Shown piece after piece: positions 13,266-23,800 of a stretch of 58,002 nucleotides of DNA (position 1 is its first letter; every line of letters starts with the position of its first letter). Origin of the DNA: Chiloscyllium plagiosum (lineage: Eukaryota); the NCBI RefSeq assembly GCF_004010195.1, contig NW_025215381.1:1061909-1119910 (forward strand), written 5' to 3'. A program made the position numbers and the translations under genes. The notes under the pieces were generated by a model. The model was not told the origin of the DNA. It ran no database searches and saw nothing but the letters and a program-made list of their open reading frames with translations.

Positions 13266-13586
13266 AGAACATAAAACAATACATCACAGAACAGGCCCTT
13301 TGGCCCTCGATGTTGCGCCAACCTGTACACTATTCTCAGCTCGTCCCCCTGCACTATCCCAAAATCATCCATGTGCTTGTCTAAGGATTGTTTAAATCTC
13401 TGTGGCTGAGTTGACTACATTAGCAGGTATGGCATTCCATGCCCTTACCACTCTCTGCGTAAAGAACCTGCCTCTGATATCTGTCTTAAATCTATCACCC
13501 CTCAGTTTACAGTTATGCCCCCTCATACAAGCTGACATCATCCAAGGAAAAAGACTTTCACTGTCTACACTATCTAATTCTCTGAT
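13266..13586 (-). mobile_element. CR1 LINE 3' end inserted into the third duplicated snoRNA unit
   Basis: LINE tail (agaacataaaacaat..) interrupts homology with unit 2, which resumes at about 13590. Confidence 0.7.
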
Positions 13587-14519
13587 CCCTGTTTTTGCTG
13601 TCCCTTGCTTGTGGCCTTCAGCTCAAAGAGCTCACTTTAAATCCAATTCGGGCTGCTGGGTGGTCTTGAGGCGTTCGCCTTTTCATGTACTGGTGAAGAG
13701 ATTCCAGCTGGGGGATCAGTGAATAGGGCACCAGATGTACCGATTCCTCAGAACAGGCAGACTGAAGCAGTGAAACTTGCTCAGCGAGTAAGGCAATGTG
13801 CTTAAATATTACTCTACAGAACCTCAACCTGAGTTACAAATCTTCTCAAAACTCACTGCATCAGAGTAACCTGTTCACTGAGGCTGTTCTACTCTGTCAT
13901 CTCTGTTGTACCTGTCTCAGCTGTGCAAAGGGAGCTGGTATGTGCATTGTGATTTTCTGTGTATATAAATCCATGTTATTATCTTCACAGGCTTTCCAGT
14001 TGTGGGCCAGTGGTGACACCAGGACATGATGTCTGGAACGCCCCCAAATTGAACCTTTGGATGAAACTTGTATTATGGCATTATTCAATGTGTTGAATTA
14101 CTTGTTGATTAAAATCACTGAATTCTGTTTTGAATGAGAAACTTTCTTAAGTGGTAGGTTACTGACTGTGGTACTCTATTTCTCTCCTTCCTTCAATCCA
14201 CTCTGGCTCCATTTCATTGGCCTTTCAGTTAATGTTAATAGCTACCTCACCTTAATTGCGATTGGTATTTATCCCAGAAATAGAAGAAATCTGGGTGTAA
14301 TCTTGCTGACTCTAGGAGCATGCTGTGTTTTCTGCATTAAGCCACTGGCTGCTGTTCATTTACATTGCCTGTGAAGGGCTTTGGGATGCCTTGAGATTAT
14401 ACTGTTCTCAAGTTGCAAGTTAACTGATTACTCTAATTTCTTAAATCGCATGCACTAAAAGGCCATTACATCCTTCTAGTAACCAGTCAGGAGTGAGGTG
14501 GTTGAGGAAATAGTCAGTT

Positions 14520-14918
14520 ACGGAGCTGGAAATGTGTTGCTGGAAAAGCGCAGCAGGTCAGGCAGCATCCAGGGAACAGGAGAATCGACGTTTCGGGCAT
14601 AAGCCCTTCAGGAATGGGGAAAGTTTGTCCAGCAGGCTAAGATAAAAGGTAGGGAGGAGGGACTTGGGGGAGGGGCGTCGGAAATGTGATAGGTGGAAAG
14701 AGGACAAGGTGAGGGTGATAGGTCAGACTGGGGTGGGGGCGGAGAGGTCGGGAAGAAGATTGCAGGTTAGGAAGGCGGTGCTGAATTCGATGGATTTGAC
14801 TGAGACAAGGTGGGGGGAGGGGAAATGAGGAAACTGGTGAAACCCGAGTTCATCCCTTGTGGTTGGAGAGTTCCTAGCCGGAAGATGAGGCGTTCCTCCT
14901 CCAACCGTCGTTTTGTTG
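14520..14918 (-). mobile_element. Penelope-like element 3' end (GIY-YIG endonuclease C-terminus plus terminal repeat), runs into gap
   Basis: Minus-strand 'TKRRLEEERLIFRLGTLQPQGMNSGF'; terminal gggcttatgcccGAAACGTC motif. Confidence 0.75.
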
Positions 14919-15771
14919 NNNNNNNNNNNNNNNNNNNNNNNNNNNNNNNNNNNNNNNNNNNNNNNNNNNNNNNNNNNNNNNNNNNNNNNNNNNNNNNNNN
15001 NNNNNNNNNNNNNNNNNNNNNNNNNNNNNNNNNNNNNNNNNNNNNNNNNNNNNNNNNNNNNNNNNNNNNNNNNNNNNNNNNNNNNNNNNNNNNNNNNNNN
15101 NNNNNNNNNNNNNNNNNNNNNNNNNNNNNNNNNNNNNNNNNNNNNNNNNNNNNNNNNNNNNNNNNNNNNNNNNNNNNNNNNNNNNNNNNNNNNNNNNNNN
15201 NNNNNNNNNNNNNNNNNNNNNNNNNNNNNNNNNNNNNNNNNNNNNNNNNNNNNNNNNNNNNNNNNNNNNNNNNNNNNNNNNNNNNNNNNNNNNNNNNNNN
15301 NNNNNNNNNNNNNNNNNNNNNNNNNNNNNNNNNNNNNNNNNNNNNNNNNNNNNNNNNNNNNNNNNNNNNNNNNNNNNNNNNNNNNNNNNNNNNNNNNNNN
15401 NNNNNNNNNNNNNNNNNNNNNNNNNNNNNNNNNNNNNNNNNNNNNNNNNNNNNNNNNNNNNNNNNNNNNNNNNNNNNNNNNNNNNNNNNNNNNNNNNNNN
15501 NNNNNNNNNNNNNNNNNNNNNNNNNNNNNNNNNNNNNNNNNNNNNNNNNNNNNNNNNNNNNNNNNNNNNNNNNNNNNNNNNNNNNNNNNNNNNNNNNNNN
15601 NNNNNNNNNNNNNNNNNNNNNNNNNNNNNNNNNNNNNNNNNNNNNNNNNNNNNNNNNNNNNNNNNNNNNNNNNNNNNNNNNNNNNNNNNNNNNNNNNNNN
15701 NNNNNNNNNNNNNNNNNNNNNNNNNNNNNNNNNNNNNNNNNNNNNNNNNNNNNNNNNNNNNNNNNNNNNNN
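14919..15771. other. Assembly gap (853 N)
   Basis: Run of N. Confidence 1.
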
Positions 15772-16079
15772 GTACTAACTTTTGTGGATAATTGGGTACT
15801 AACTTTAGTGCATAATTATTCTAGTAAATAATTTCTTTCATCATGGTAGTTTAAACTTACAGTCAGCAAAATAACTGAGATAGCTGAAATGGATAAACTA
15901 GGCAAGAAAAGACCCATTGTTAAAATGTATATTCAGGAATGGAATGTACCTATGAACAATGGAAGATGTTACAAGCAAAACAAAGTGAAAGGAACATCAA
16001 GATCCAAGTTTAGCAGAATCTTCCTTACGTCAGCACTTAGAGGGAAGGGTCGCCAACTTGGAGAAGGGGGGGAAGTAAT
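15772..16079 (+). repeat. ERV 5' LTR (U3 portion only; start hidden in gap, R/U5 deleted)
   Basis: Aligns by eye to 20627-20943 at roughly 90-95% identity. Confidence 0.9.
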
Positions 16080-16082
16080 CAG

Positions 16083-16346
16083 GCCATTATCCATGGAAGG
16101 TTTGTAGCTCAGGTTGAGGTTTAGGGTGTAGGTTTGCTCACTGAGCTGTAGATTTGATATCCAGACTTTTCATTACCTGGCTAGGTAACATCATCAGTGG
16201 CAACCTTCAAGTGAAGCGAAGCTGTTGTCTCCTGCTTTCTATTTATATCTTTCTCCTGGATGGAGTTCCTGGCCTCTAGGAATTCTCTGGCATGTCTTTG
16301 CTTAGCCTGTCCCAGGATAGATGTGTTGTCCCAGTCGAAATGGTGG
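16083..16346 (-). mobile_element. Penelope-like fragment replacing ERV R-U5/PBS/gag/pro/RT
   Basis: Minus-strand 'HHFDWDNTSILGQAKQRHAREFLEA' (GIY-YIG C-terminus); hammerhead motif at 16161-16200. Confidence 0.75.
16161..16200 (-). ncRNA. Minimal type I hammerhead ribozyme motif (Penelope-associated), one mismatch in stem III
   Basis: cca-CTGATGA-t-gttacct-agcc-aggtaat-GAAA-a-GTC-tgg; stem I cca/tgg, 7-bp stem II. Confidence 0.6.
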
Positions 16347-16351
16347 TTTTT

Positions 16352-18217
16352 ATTGGACGATGGCTCACAGACTCTAGGATCTTGTAATATGAGGCAATCT
16401 TAATAGGACAGGATGACCTTGTGTTAGTCACAGACAGTTGCTTGAATCCAGCTGCATTTCTGTGGCAGGGAGAGGGGGGTTGGCCCTTGACAATCCAGAG
16501 TACGACTGCCTTGATATTATTGAATATCAGACTAAAGTGCGAATGGACTTAAGAGACGTACTGTTGCATGTGGGAGCTCAGTTGTTTATCGATGGGTCCT
16601 CCTCGGTGATTGAGGGTAAAAGGCACAATGGATATGCTGTATTAGACGGGTTAGAGGGAAGCATTACCGAGGCTGAAAGGCTGCCTAACGGCTGGTCAGC
16701 CCAAACTTGTGAACTCTATGCCCAAGAAAGAGCTCTCAGAACCTTAGAAGACAAAGAAGGAACGATATATACAGACTCCAAATATGCGTTTGGAGTGGTG
16801 CATACCTTTGGAAAAACTTGGCAAGAAACAGGACTGATAAAAAGCAGAAGTAAAGAACTAGCTCATGAGGAATTGATAAAACAAATGCTGGAATCTCTGT
16901 TACTCCCGAGAGAAATAGTGGTAGTTCATATAAACGGACATCAGAAGGGGAATGAACCGGAACTAAGGGGAAATAGACTGGCCGATGAGGTAGCTAAAGG
17001 AGCAGACCTAAATCCACAAGGAGCAGTGATACACTCCCTAATACCTGCAATTCCAGATCTTCAGGGTACCCTGTTGTTTACTGCAAAGGAGGAAAAGGAG
17101 CTAAAAGATTTAGGAGCTGCAAAGACAGCGGATGGGCGCTGGATGTTCCGCAATGGGAGGGAAATGTTGAATAAAATGATGCAAGAGATTATGGCTGTCC
17201 TACATCAGGGGAGCTACTGGGGAGTGCAAGCAATGTGTGATTTAGTCTTAAGGAAATATGGATGCAAAAGGATATATACGATAGCCAAACAGATATGTGA
17301 GGGATGCATAACATGTAAAAAAAATAAACAAGAAGGTGTTAAGGAAACAAGTCCCAGGAGAGAGAGAACCCGGGCTAAGACCATTTCAGAGCATTCAGGT
17401 AGATTATCCCGAATTACCCCGAGTGGGAACACTGAGGTATATGCTGGTAATGGTTGATCACCTATCTGGATGGGTGGAGGCGAACCCTTTAGCCACTGCC
17501 ACCGCAAGTGGGGTGTCCAAGATGATACTCGAACACATAATTCCCAGATACGGGATAGTTGAGTGTATAGATTTGGATCAGGGAACTCATTTTACTTCCA
17601 GGGTCCTCCAGGGAGTGATGAAGGGGTTAGGAATGTCCTGGGAGTTCCACACCCCTTGGCACCCACCTTCATCAGGAAAGGTTGAGAGAATGAACCAGAC
17701 ACTCAAGAAGCAGTTATCTAAATTAGTCATTGATAGCAGACTCCCTTGGACTAAGTGTTTACCTATAGCCCTTTTGCAAATGTGAACGACCCCAAGGAAA
17801 GATATGAGGCTGTCCCCTTATGAGATATTGTTTGGCCTGCCCTATCTGGGAACGAAATGGGAACTGCCAACCCTGGAGACTAAAGATCTGTTCTTAAAGA
17901 AGTATACACTGGGTTTGTCCTCCTCTTTGTCTTTCCTCAGGAAACAGAGTGTGTTGGCACAGACTCCACCCCTTGAATTTGCCGTCCAACTGGGGGATTG
18001 GGTCCTAGTCAAATCATGGACTGAGACCAAATTGCAACCAGACTGGGAGGGGCCGTACCAAGTACTCTTGACCACTGAAACAGCGGTAAGAACGGCAGAG
18101 AAAGGCTGGACTCACTACACTCGGATCAAAGGGCCAGTGGAATCTCCAGTTGAGACAGAAGTCTGGACAACTGAATCGATGAAAGAGCCACTTAAACTTA
18201 AGTTGAAAAGACTTTAA
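16352..18217 (+). pseudogene. pol: ERV pol remnant: connection, RNase H and integrase (frameshift near 17320, stop at 17783)
   Basis: WLTDSRI..LNPAAFL; FIDGSS..SAQTCEL..IYTDSKYAFG..GNRLADEVAK; integrase core QVDY..DQGTHF..SGKVERMNQTLK; WEGPYQVLLTT. Confidence 0.92.
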
Positions 18218-18307
18218 ATAACTGATTATACAGTAGTGGCGCAAACACGGGATAATTTCTGTAGTATTGTATGCTAAGTCTCTCGGTAGTTCAATACCAC
18301 TGTAAAA

Positions 18308-20593
18308 TGGGAAGAATGTTTAGTACACTATATTAGCTTTGCTGGTCTTAGGATTCTGTAAGGCCATGGTGTGGTCGTCTTACTTAGTGATAATGGTTCC
18401 AGAAAGTACAAATCCACGAGTCATAGAAACAGATGCCTGCAGCTGGTGGATTGTGGAAATGTAAGAGATCAAAGGCAATACAGTAACTCAGAGATACATC
18501 TTAGATTCTATGAAAAAGGTCCTGAAAAGGGGGTATGGGATAAGACTAACGGGATGACAGTGTCCCGGAGAGCGAAGTGTAAGGGATATCTTTGGGATAA
18601 AGTATGTAAAGAATGGCAGAGGCAGGAAGGCCTCAGAGGTGATCTCTTGATTAATCCGCTCGTTACAGTCCACTGAGGCCACTTCCGGCCAGCTCTTGAC
18701 TGTGCCGATAAAAAGTGTAACCCAATATATTTAACAATAAAGAAAACCTCATGGTATAAGGGGGAGAAATCTATCAGGTCCAATTAGATCAAATATTTGG
18801 GAAAGCAGACGGGATGAATTTCCTAAGATGTTGTTTTAAAATACAGGTGAAAGACAGAACCTGAGTAGGAGAAAGGAATAGTAAAGTCCCTTACTCTGAC
18901 CCTAAGTGACAAAAATTGTAGAGGTAAAGGACTTGAAGCAGACCATTGAAGTAGAAACAGGATATGCGGATACAAATGCCTGGGTAGAATGGGTAAAGTA
19001 CACTGTGAAACGTCTGAATAAGAGCAATTGTTATGCGTGTGCCTCTGGGAGACCAATGGCCCAAGTAGTCCCCTTTCCACTCGGGGGAGGGGGGGGGAAG
19101 CAAAACAGGAGGGGCATGATGTGCATGATAACCCTGTATCAGGATGAGACTGCACGGAGTAATAAAGATTGTATGCCTCTTCTATTAAAGATCCCTCCTT
19201 TAAAGAAGGAAGGCTTAAAGATGCCCCCCATGTTTTCCGCTGTGGTCGGAAATCACACATCGTATGTAAACAGGCGAGGAACAGATCGGTCCAGATATTT
19301 GGGGGAACTGAAATCATGTACCGAGATTGAGTACATGACTGAAAAGGGAGGGAACTACTCAGCATTAAGGACTCCCCGAGCGGATCTGTGGTGGTACTGC
19401 AGAGGGAAAATATTGAGACCCACCCTACCTCCAGATTGGAGAGGGCATGTGTGTAATTGGCAATTCCTTTCACCCTGGCATTTGAAAAGGAAGAGATAGC
19501 AAAGGGAGGGGGCGAAGTAAGAGATCACTATTGGGTACTTTGTTTGATGATCAGGTATATCTAGGCTCTGTAGGAGTCCCAAGAGGGGTACCTGATGAGT
19601 TTAAAGCTCATAACCAAATCACGGCAGGCTTTGAATCAGCTCTCTTCTGGTGGGTAACAGTCAACAAAAATATGGATTGGATAAACTATATTTTCTATAA
19701 TCAGCAATTACACTAGAGACATAATTAAAGGTATAGCCGAACAACTTGATGTAACCAGCAGAATGGCCTGGGAGAATAGAATGGCCCTAGATATGATCCT
19801 AAGGCTGAAAAAGGGGGAGTGTGTGTAATGTTAGGAGGGCGCTGTTGTACTTATATTCCATAATAACACAGTGGTTAGCACTGCTGCCTCACAGCGCCTG
19901 AGACCCGGGTTCAATTCCTGCCTCAGGCGACTGACTGTGTGGAGTTTGCACATTCTCCCCGTGTCTGCATGGGTGGGTGCTCCGGTTTCCTCCCACAATC
20001 CAAAGATGTGCAGGTCAGGTGAATTGGCTATGCTAAATTGCCCGTAGTGTTAGGTAAGGGGTAAATGTAGGGGTGTAGGTGGGTTGCGCTACGGCGGGTC
20101 GGTGTGGACTTGTTGGGCCGAAGGGCCTGTTTCCACACTGTAATGTAATCTAATCTAATCTACTCGAGTCCTGGCAAGGTCTAACAACACTAGCCGAAGA
20201 ACTAGCTGAAAATTCAGGAGTCAGCACATCATTCACCCTGGCTAGAATTCATCATGGCTAGAATTGTGATTTGGAAAGTGGAAGGGTGTGGTGGTTTCAG
20301 TCCTTACCTCCTCGATCGTGGTGATGGGAGTACTAATTGTAGTAGGATGCTGTATTGTACCCTGCGCACGGGGGTTAATTCTAAGGTTGATTGAAACGAC
20401 TTTAGCCACACGAATGCCTTTAAAGAACAATCAGGGGGAAGGGCTCTGCCTGTTGAACAATGAGGGAATAAGTGACCCTGGGAAGAATTCCAGAATAGAT
20501 GAAATTTCGGGAAAAATGTTGGTCAGTTTGGAAGCAACATATAAAAAAACTATGCAGATAATAAAAAGAAAAAGGGGAAATTGTGGGATATAG
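18308..20593 (+). pseudogene. env: ERV env remnant, gamma-type, PABLB-like family; multiple frameshifts and a SINE insertion
   Basis: Hydrophobic leader; CNPIYLTI; CYAC (CXXC); RADLWWYC; furin site RSKR 19513-19524; GVPRGVPDEFKA.NQI.AGFES; ISD ENRMALDMIL; CVMLGGRCC (CX6CC); TM helix VVSVLTSSIVVMGVLIVVGCCIVPC. Confidence 0.88.
19867..20162 (+). mobile_element. HE1 SINE inserted in env
   Basis: gtggttagcactgctgcctcacagcgc...ttccacactgtaatgtaatctaatctaatcta. Confidence 0.9.
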
Positions 20594-21175
20594 GTAAAAC
20601 AGTGTTACTTCTCCAAGTATAATTGAGTACTAACTTTTGTGGATAATTGGGTACTAACTTTAGTGCATAATTATTCTAGTAAATAATTTCTTTCATCATG
20701 GTAGTTTAAATAATTTACAGTCTCAGCAAAATAACTGAGATAGCTGAAATACATAAACTAGGCAAGAAAAGACACATTGTTAAAATGTATATTCAGGAAT
20801 GGAATGTACCTATGAACAATGGAAGATGTCACAAGCAAACAGATAAAATGAAAAGAACATCAAGATCCAGGTTTTGCAAAATCTCCCTTATGTCAGCACT
20901 TACAGAGGGGAGGGTCACCAACTTGGAGAAGGGGGGAAGTAATAAAGGCGGAGCGCAGCTGGGTAGTGGCAGAACACAATAAGGGAGATTAATAGGTATG
21001 AAGACCTGAGGTAAATGGGAGTACCAAAAATTAAAATTGTATAAATTGTAAAGCAATCCCTGAATGTGTGTGCCCACTGGTCACCCCTTCTTGCAAGAAG
21101 GTTTCAATAAAATTCGCTGCTTCAGATTTTGACTCGGACTGAAATTTATTATACTGGTGAGTTTTATTTCTCACA
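20582..21175 (+). repeat. ERV 3' LTR (594 bp), TG...CA
   Basis: TGTGGGA...TCTCACA imperfect inverted ends; TATAAA 21040-21045; AATAAA 21106-21111; PPT immediately upstream; splice donor CTG|GTGAGT at 21156/21157. Confidence 0.9.
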
Positions 21176-21177
21176 TC

Positions 21178-21320
21178 GTCCAACAGGTTTAATTGGAAGT
21201 GCTAGCTTTCAGAGCGCTGCTCCTTCATCAGGTGGTTGTAAGGAGCAGTACTCTGAAAGTGAGTGCTTCAAATTAAACCTGTTGAACTATAACCTGTGTG
21301 ATTTTTAACTTTGTCCACCA
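21178..21320. mobile_element. Palindromic Penelope-like terminal repeat (the ERV's right flank), hammerhead motif on minus strand
   Basis: Minus strand cac-CTGATGA-aggagc-agc-gctct-GAAA-gcta; same family as 25187-25343. Confidence 0.65.
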
Positions 21321-22431
21321 AGACCATTCCTCCTACCCTGTATTTGCCCCCGAACAACGCACCTAACCTGGACATTTTTGGACATTGGGAGAAAACGAGC
21401 AAACCCACGCAGACACAGGGAGGAATGCAAACTTCGCTGAGGCTGGATTCAAACCTGGCTCCCTGGTGCTGAGAGGCAGCGGTGCTAACCACTGAGCTGC
21501 CATGCTGCTCAAAGCCGTATTCCTCCTCAGCAGGCCCTAGCTTTCTCACCCAGGAATCATCACTCAAAACCCTATTCTCAAAGGGGCCATGAATTAGGGG
21601 GAGCAGATTTAGGACTGAATTGTGAAGGAACTTCTTCACCCAGAGCAGTGTGTAGATGTGGAATTCCTTTCCCAGTGCAGTTGTTGAGGGTTCCTCATTG
21701 GATGTTTTTTAAAACTAATTTTTTGAACAGTAAAGGAATTAAGGGTTACAGTGAGTAGGTGGGTAAGTGGAGTTGAGGCCACAAAAAGATCAGCCATCTT
21801 TAAAAATGTCCCCTATGTTGAACGGGCTCAATGGACCAGGTGGCCAACCCGTGCTCCTGGTTCTTAGGAACGTTGTTCAGCTTTATGGTGGGAAGAAGCA
21901 TGGACAGAAAGGTTGGGCAATTCTCCAATGTGTATATTGCTCTCCCACGTGCTCCAAGAAGTTTTCGAGTAGGTTTTTCTGGAAGCAACAGGAGCAATGC
22001 CCCTAAATAAGAACGATTTGCAGCAAGCAAGTTTGTCATCTCTGAGGGAGTGGCTCATTCTGTCAGGCCAGCCATGTTCTGGGCTGGCTTTCCCTTCAAA
22101 TGTTTGTTGCCATTGTTGGCCCAGCTGATGATGACATGATGTCACAAGTGTTGGCTCCACCTACTGTATGACATATGGGAGGGTTGGCCCACAGTGTTGA
22201 CCACGCCCATGCACCTCTTTTCATGGGGGTCTTGGAGACCTCAGCAGTGGTGCCTTAAGGGGTGGACATGAGTGACCCTGAGAAGCTCATGGAAGCCTCT
22301 CAGACCCTGGGGAAGGATCTGAGCCGAGACCCCTGAAATCCTCTAAACCAGACAGAGACCCCTCTCCCACTTCCCCATTCCCCCCCTCCCAGCTCAACCC
22401 TCCCACATACCCAGCATCCAACCCTCAGACA

Positions 22432-22520
22432 ATGGATAACAGCAAACCGGTAAAAGGCATCCTAAAGAAGACCAGCAGCTCCAACCTTATCAAGGGCCGA
22501 AAGATTCCTGAAGAGGACAG
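22432..22520 (+). CDS. PPP1R2: Protein phosphatase inhibitor 2-like, coding exon 1 (MDNSKPVKGILKKTSSSNLIKGRKIPEED)
   Basis: Kozak acaATGG; KGILK (SILK-type PP1-binding) motif; donor cag|gtaagg, phase 2. Confidence 0.85.
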
Positions 22521-22699
22521 GTAAGGTAGAGTCAGAGAGACGTACAGCATGGAAACTTCAGTCCAATTCATTTGATTTGACCAGATTTCCGAAATTAATC
22601 CAGTCCCATTTGCCAGCACTCGGCCCATATCCATCTTAAATCCTTCCTATTCATATACCCATCCAGATGCCTTTTGAATGTTGTACCAGCCTCCACCAA

Positions 22700-22932
22700 C
22701 CCTCTGAAGAACAACCTACCCAGACCCATTCCCCTACACCTAACACTATGGGCAATTTAGCGTAGCCAATTCGCCTAACCTGCACATCTTTGGACAGTGG
22801 GAGGAAACCGGAGCAAACCCACGCAGACACAGGGAGAATGTGCAAACTCCACACACAGTTGCCCGAGGTGGGAATTGAACACAGGTCTCTGGCGCTGTGA
22901 GGCAGCAGTACTAACCACTGTGCCACCGTGCT
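22700..22932 (-). mobile_element. HE1 SINE (nested in a CR1 3' end starting near 22530)
   Basis: Reverse complement of the HE1 head and core. Confidence 0.85.
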
Positions 22933-23476
22933 GCCCACTGCTCCCATTTAACAATGATCAAGAACCAAGGGGGCTCCGGTGAAACAAGCAAACCCTCATT
23001 AGAAAAATGAATGTTTTCATACAGCAACTGCTTAAGGTCTTGAATGCATTGCCTGAGGGTGAAGTGGAGGCAGGTTCAATTAACGCATTCAAGGTGGTGG
23101 TAGATGGTTATTTGAAAGGGATGAATATGGAGGGTTACAGGGAGAGGAAGTGGGTAAATGGCACGATGTGAAATGCTCATTAGGAAAGCTGTGCAGATAT
23201 GATGGGCTGAATAGCCTCATTTTCTGCTGCAATAATACTGTGAAGTGCAGGGAGAGTTATCCCAAGCCAATATTTATATCTAAACCAATATCAAAATAAA
23301 AAAGATCTTGATGTGGAGATTTAAATAAAAGTAAAACACTGCAGAAGCTTGAATTGTGAAAGTGCTGAAAAAACTCATCATGTCCGGCAACATTTGTGTT
23401 AAGAGAAGCAGGTGTCATTTCGAGACTCATGACAATTCACATTGCTCTGGGAGCATGCTGTGTGAAATTGCCAAAC

Positions 23477-23800
23477 ATGGCACAGCGGTTAGCACTGCTG
23501 CCTCACAGCGCCAGAGACCCGGATTCAATTAACGCCTCAGGTAACTGTGTGTGAAGTTTGCACATTCTCCCTGTGTCTGCGTGGGTTTCCTCCGGGTGCT
23601 CCGGTTTCCTCCCACAGTCCAAAGATGTGCAGGTCAGGTGAATTGGCCATGCTAAATTGCCTGTAGTGTTAGGTAAGGGGTAGATGAAGGGGTGTGGGTG
23701 GGTTGCGATTCGGCGGGACGGTGTGGACTTGTTGGGCCGAAGGGCCTGTTTCCACACTGTAAGTAATCTAATCTAATCTAATCGTAAGTAATCTAATCTA
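23477..23800 (+). mobile_element. HE1 SINE, near full length
   Basis: ggcacagcggttagcactgctgcctcac...; (aatct)n tail with a local duplication. Confidence 0.9.

Larger units (their letters stand above)
5075..14135 (+). ncRNA. Putative non-coding snoRNA host gene (SNHG-like), multi-exon
   Basis: TOP start; exon 6094-6238 (ttcag|...aaa|gtgagt); three homologous ~50-nt exons 7517-7564, 10753-10808, 12797-12848 (all cag|gtatga); terminal exon from 13991 (cttcacag|) with ATTAAA at 14108-14113; no long ORF; snoRNAs in the introns. Exon 1 donor not resolved. Confidence 0.65.
15772..21175 (+). mobile_element. Defective class I (gamma/epsilon-like) endogenous retrovirus: partial 5'LTR - [Penelope] - pol(RNaseH, IN) - env - PPT - 3'LTR
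   Basis: Direct repeats 15772-16079 and 20627-20943; pol and env motifs; PPT aaaagaaaaaggggaaat before TGTGGGA. Confidence 0.92.

Noticed and set aside
14810..15791. ORFs of about 300 aa (also 38684-39232)
   Set aside because: Artefacts of N-runs
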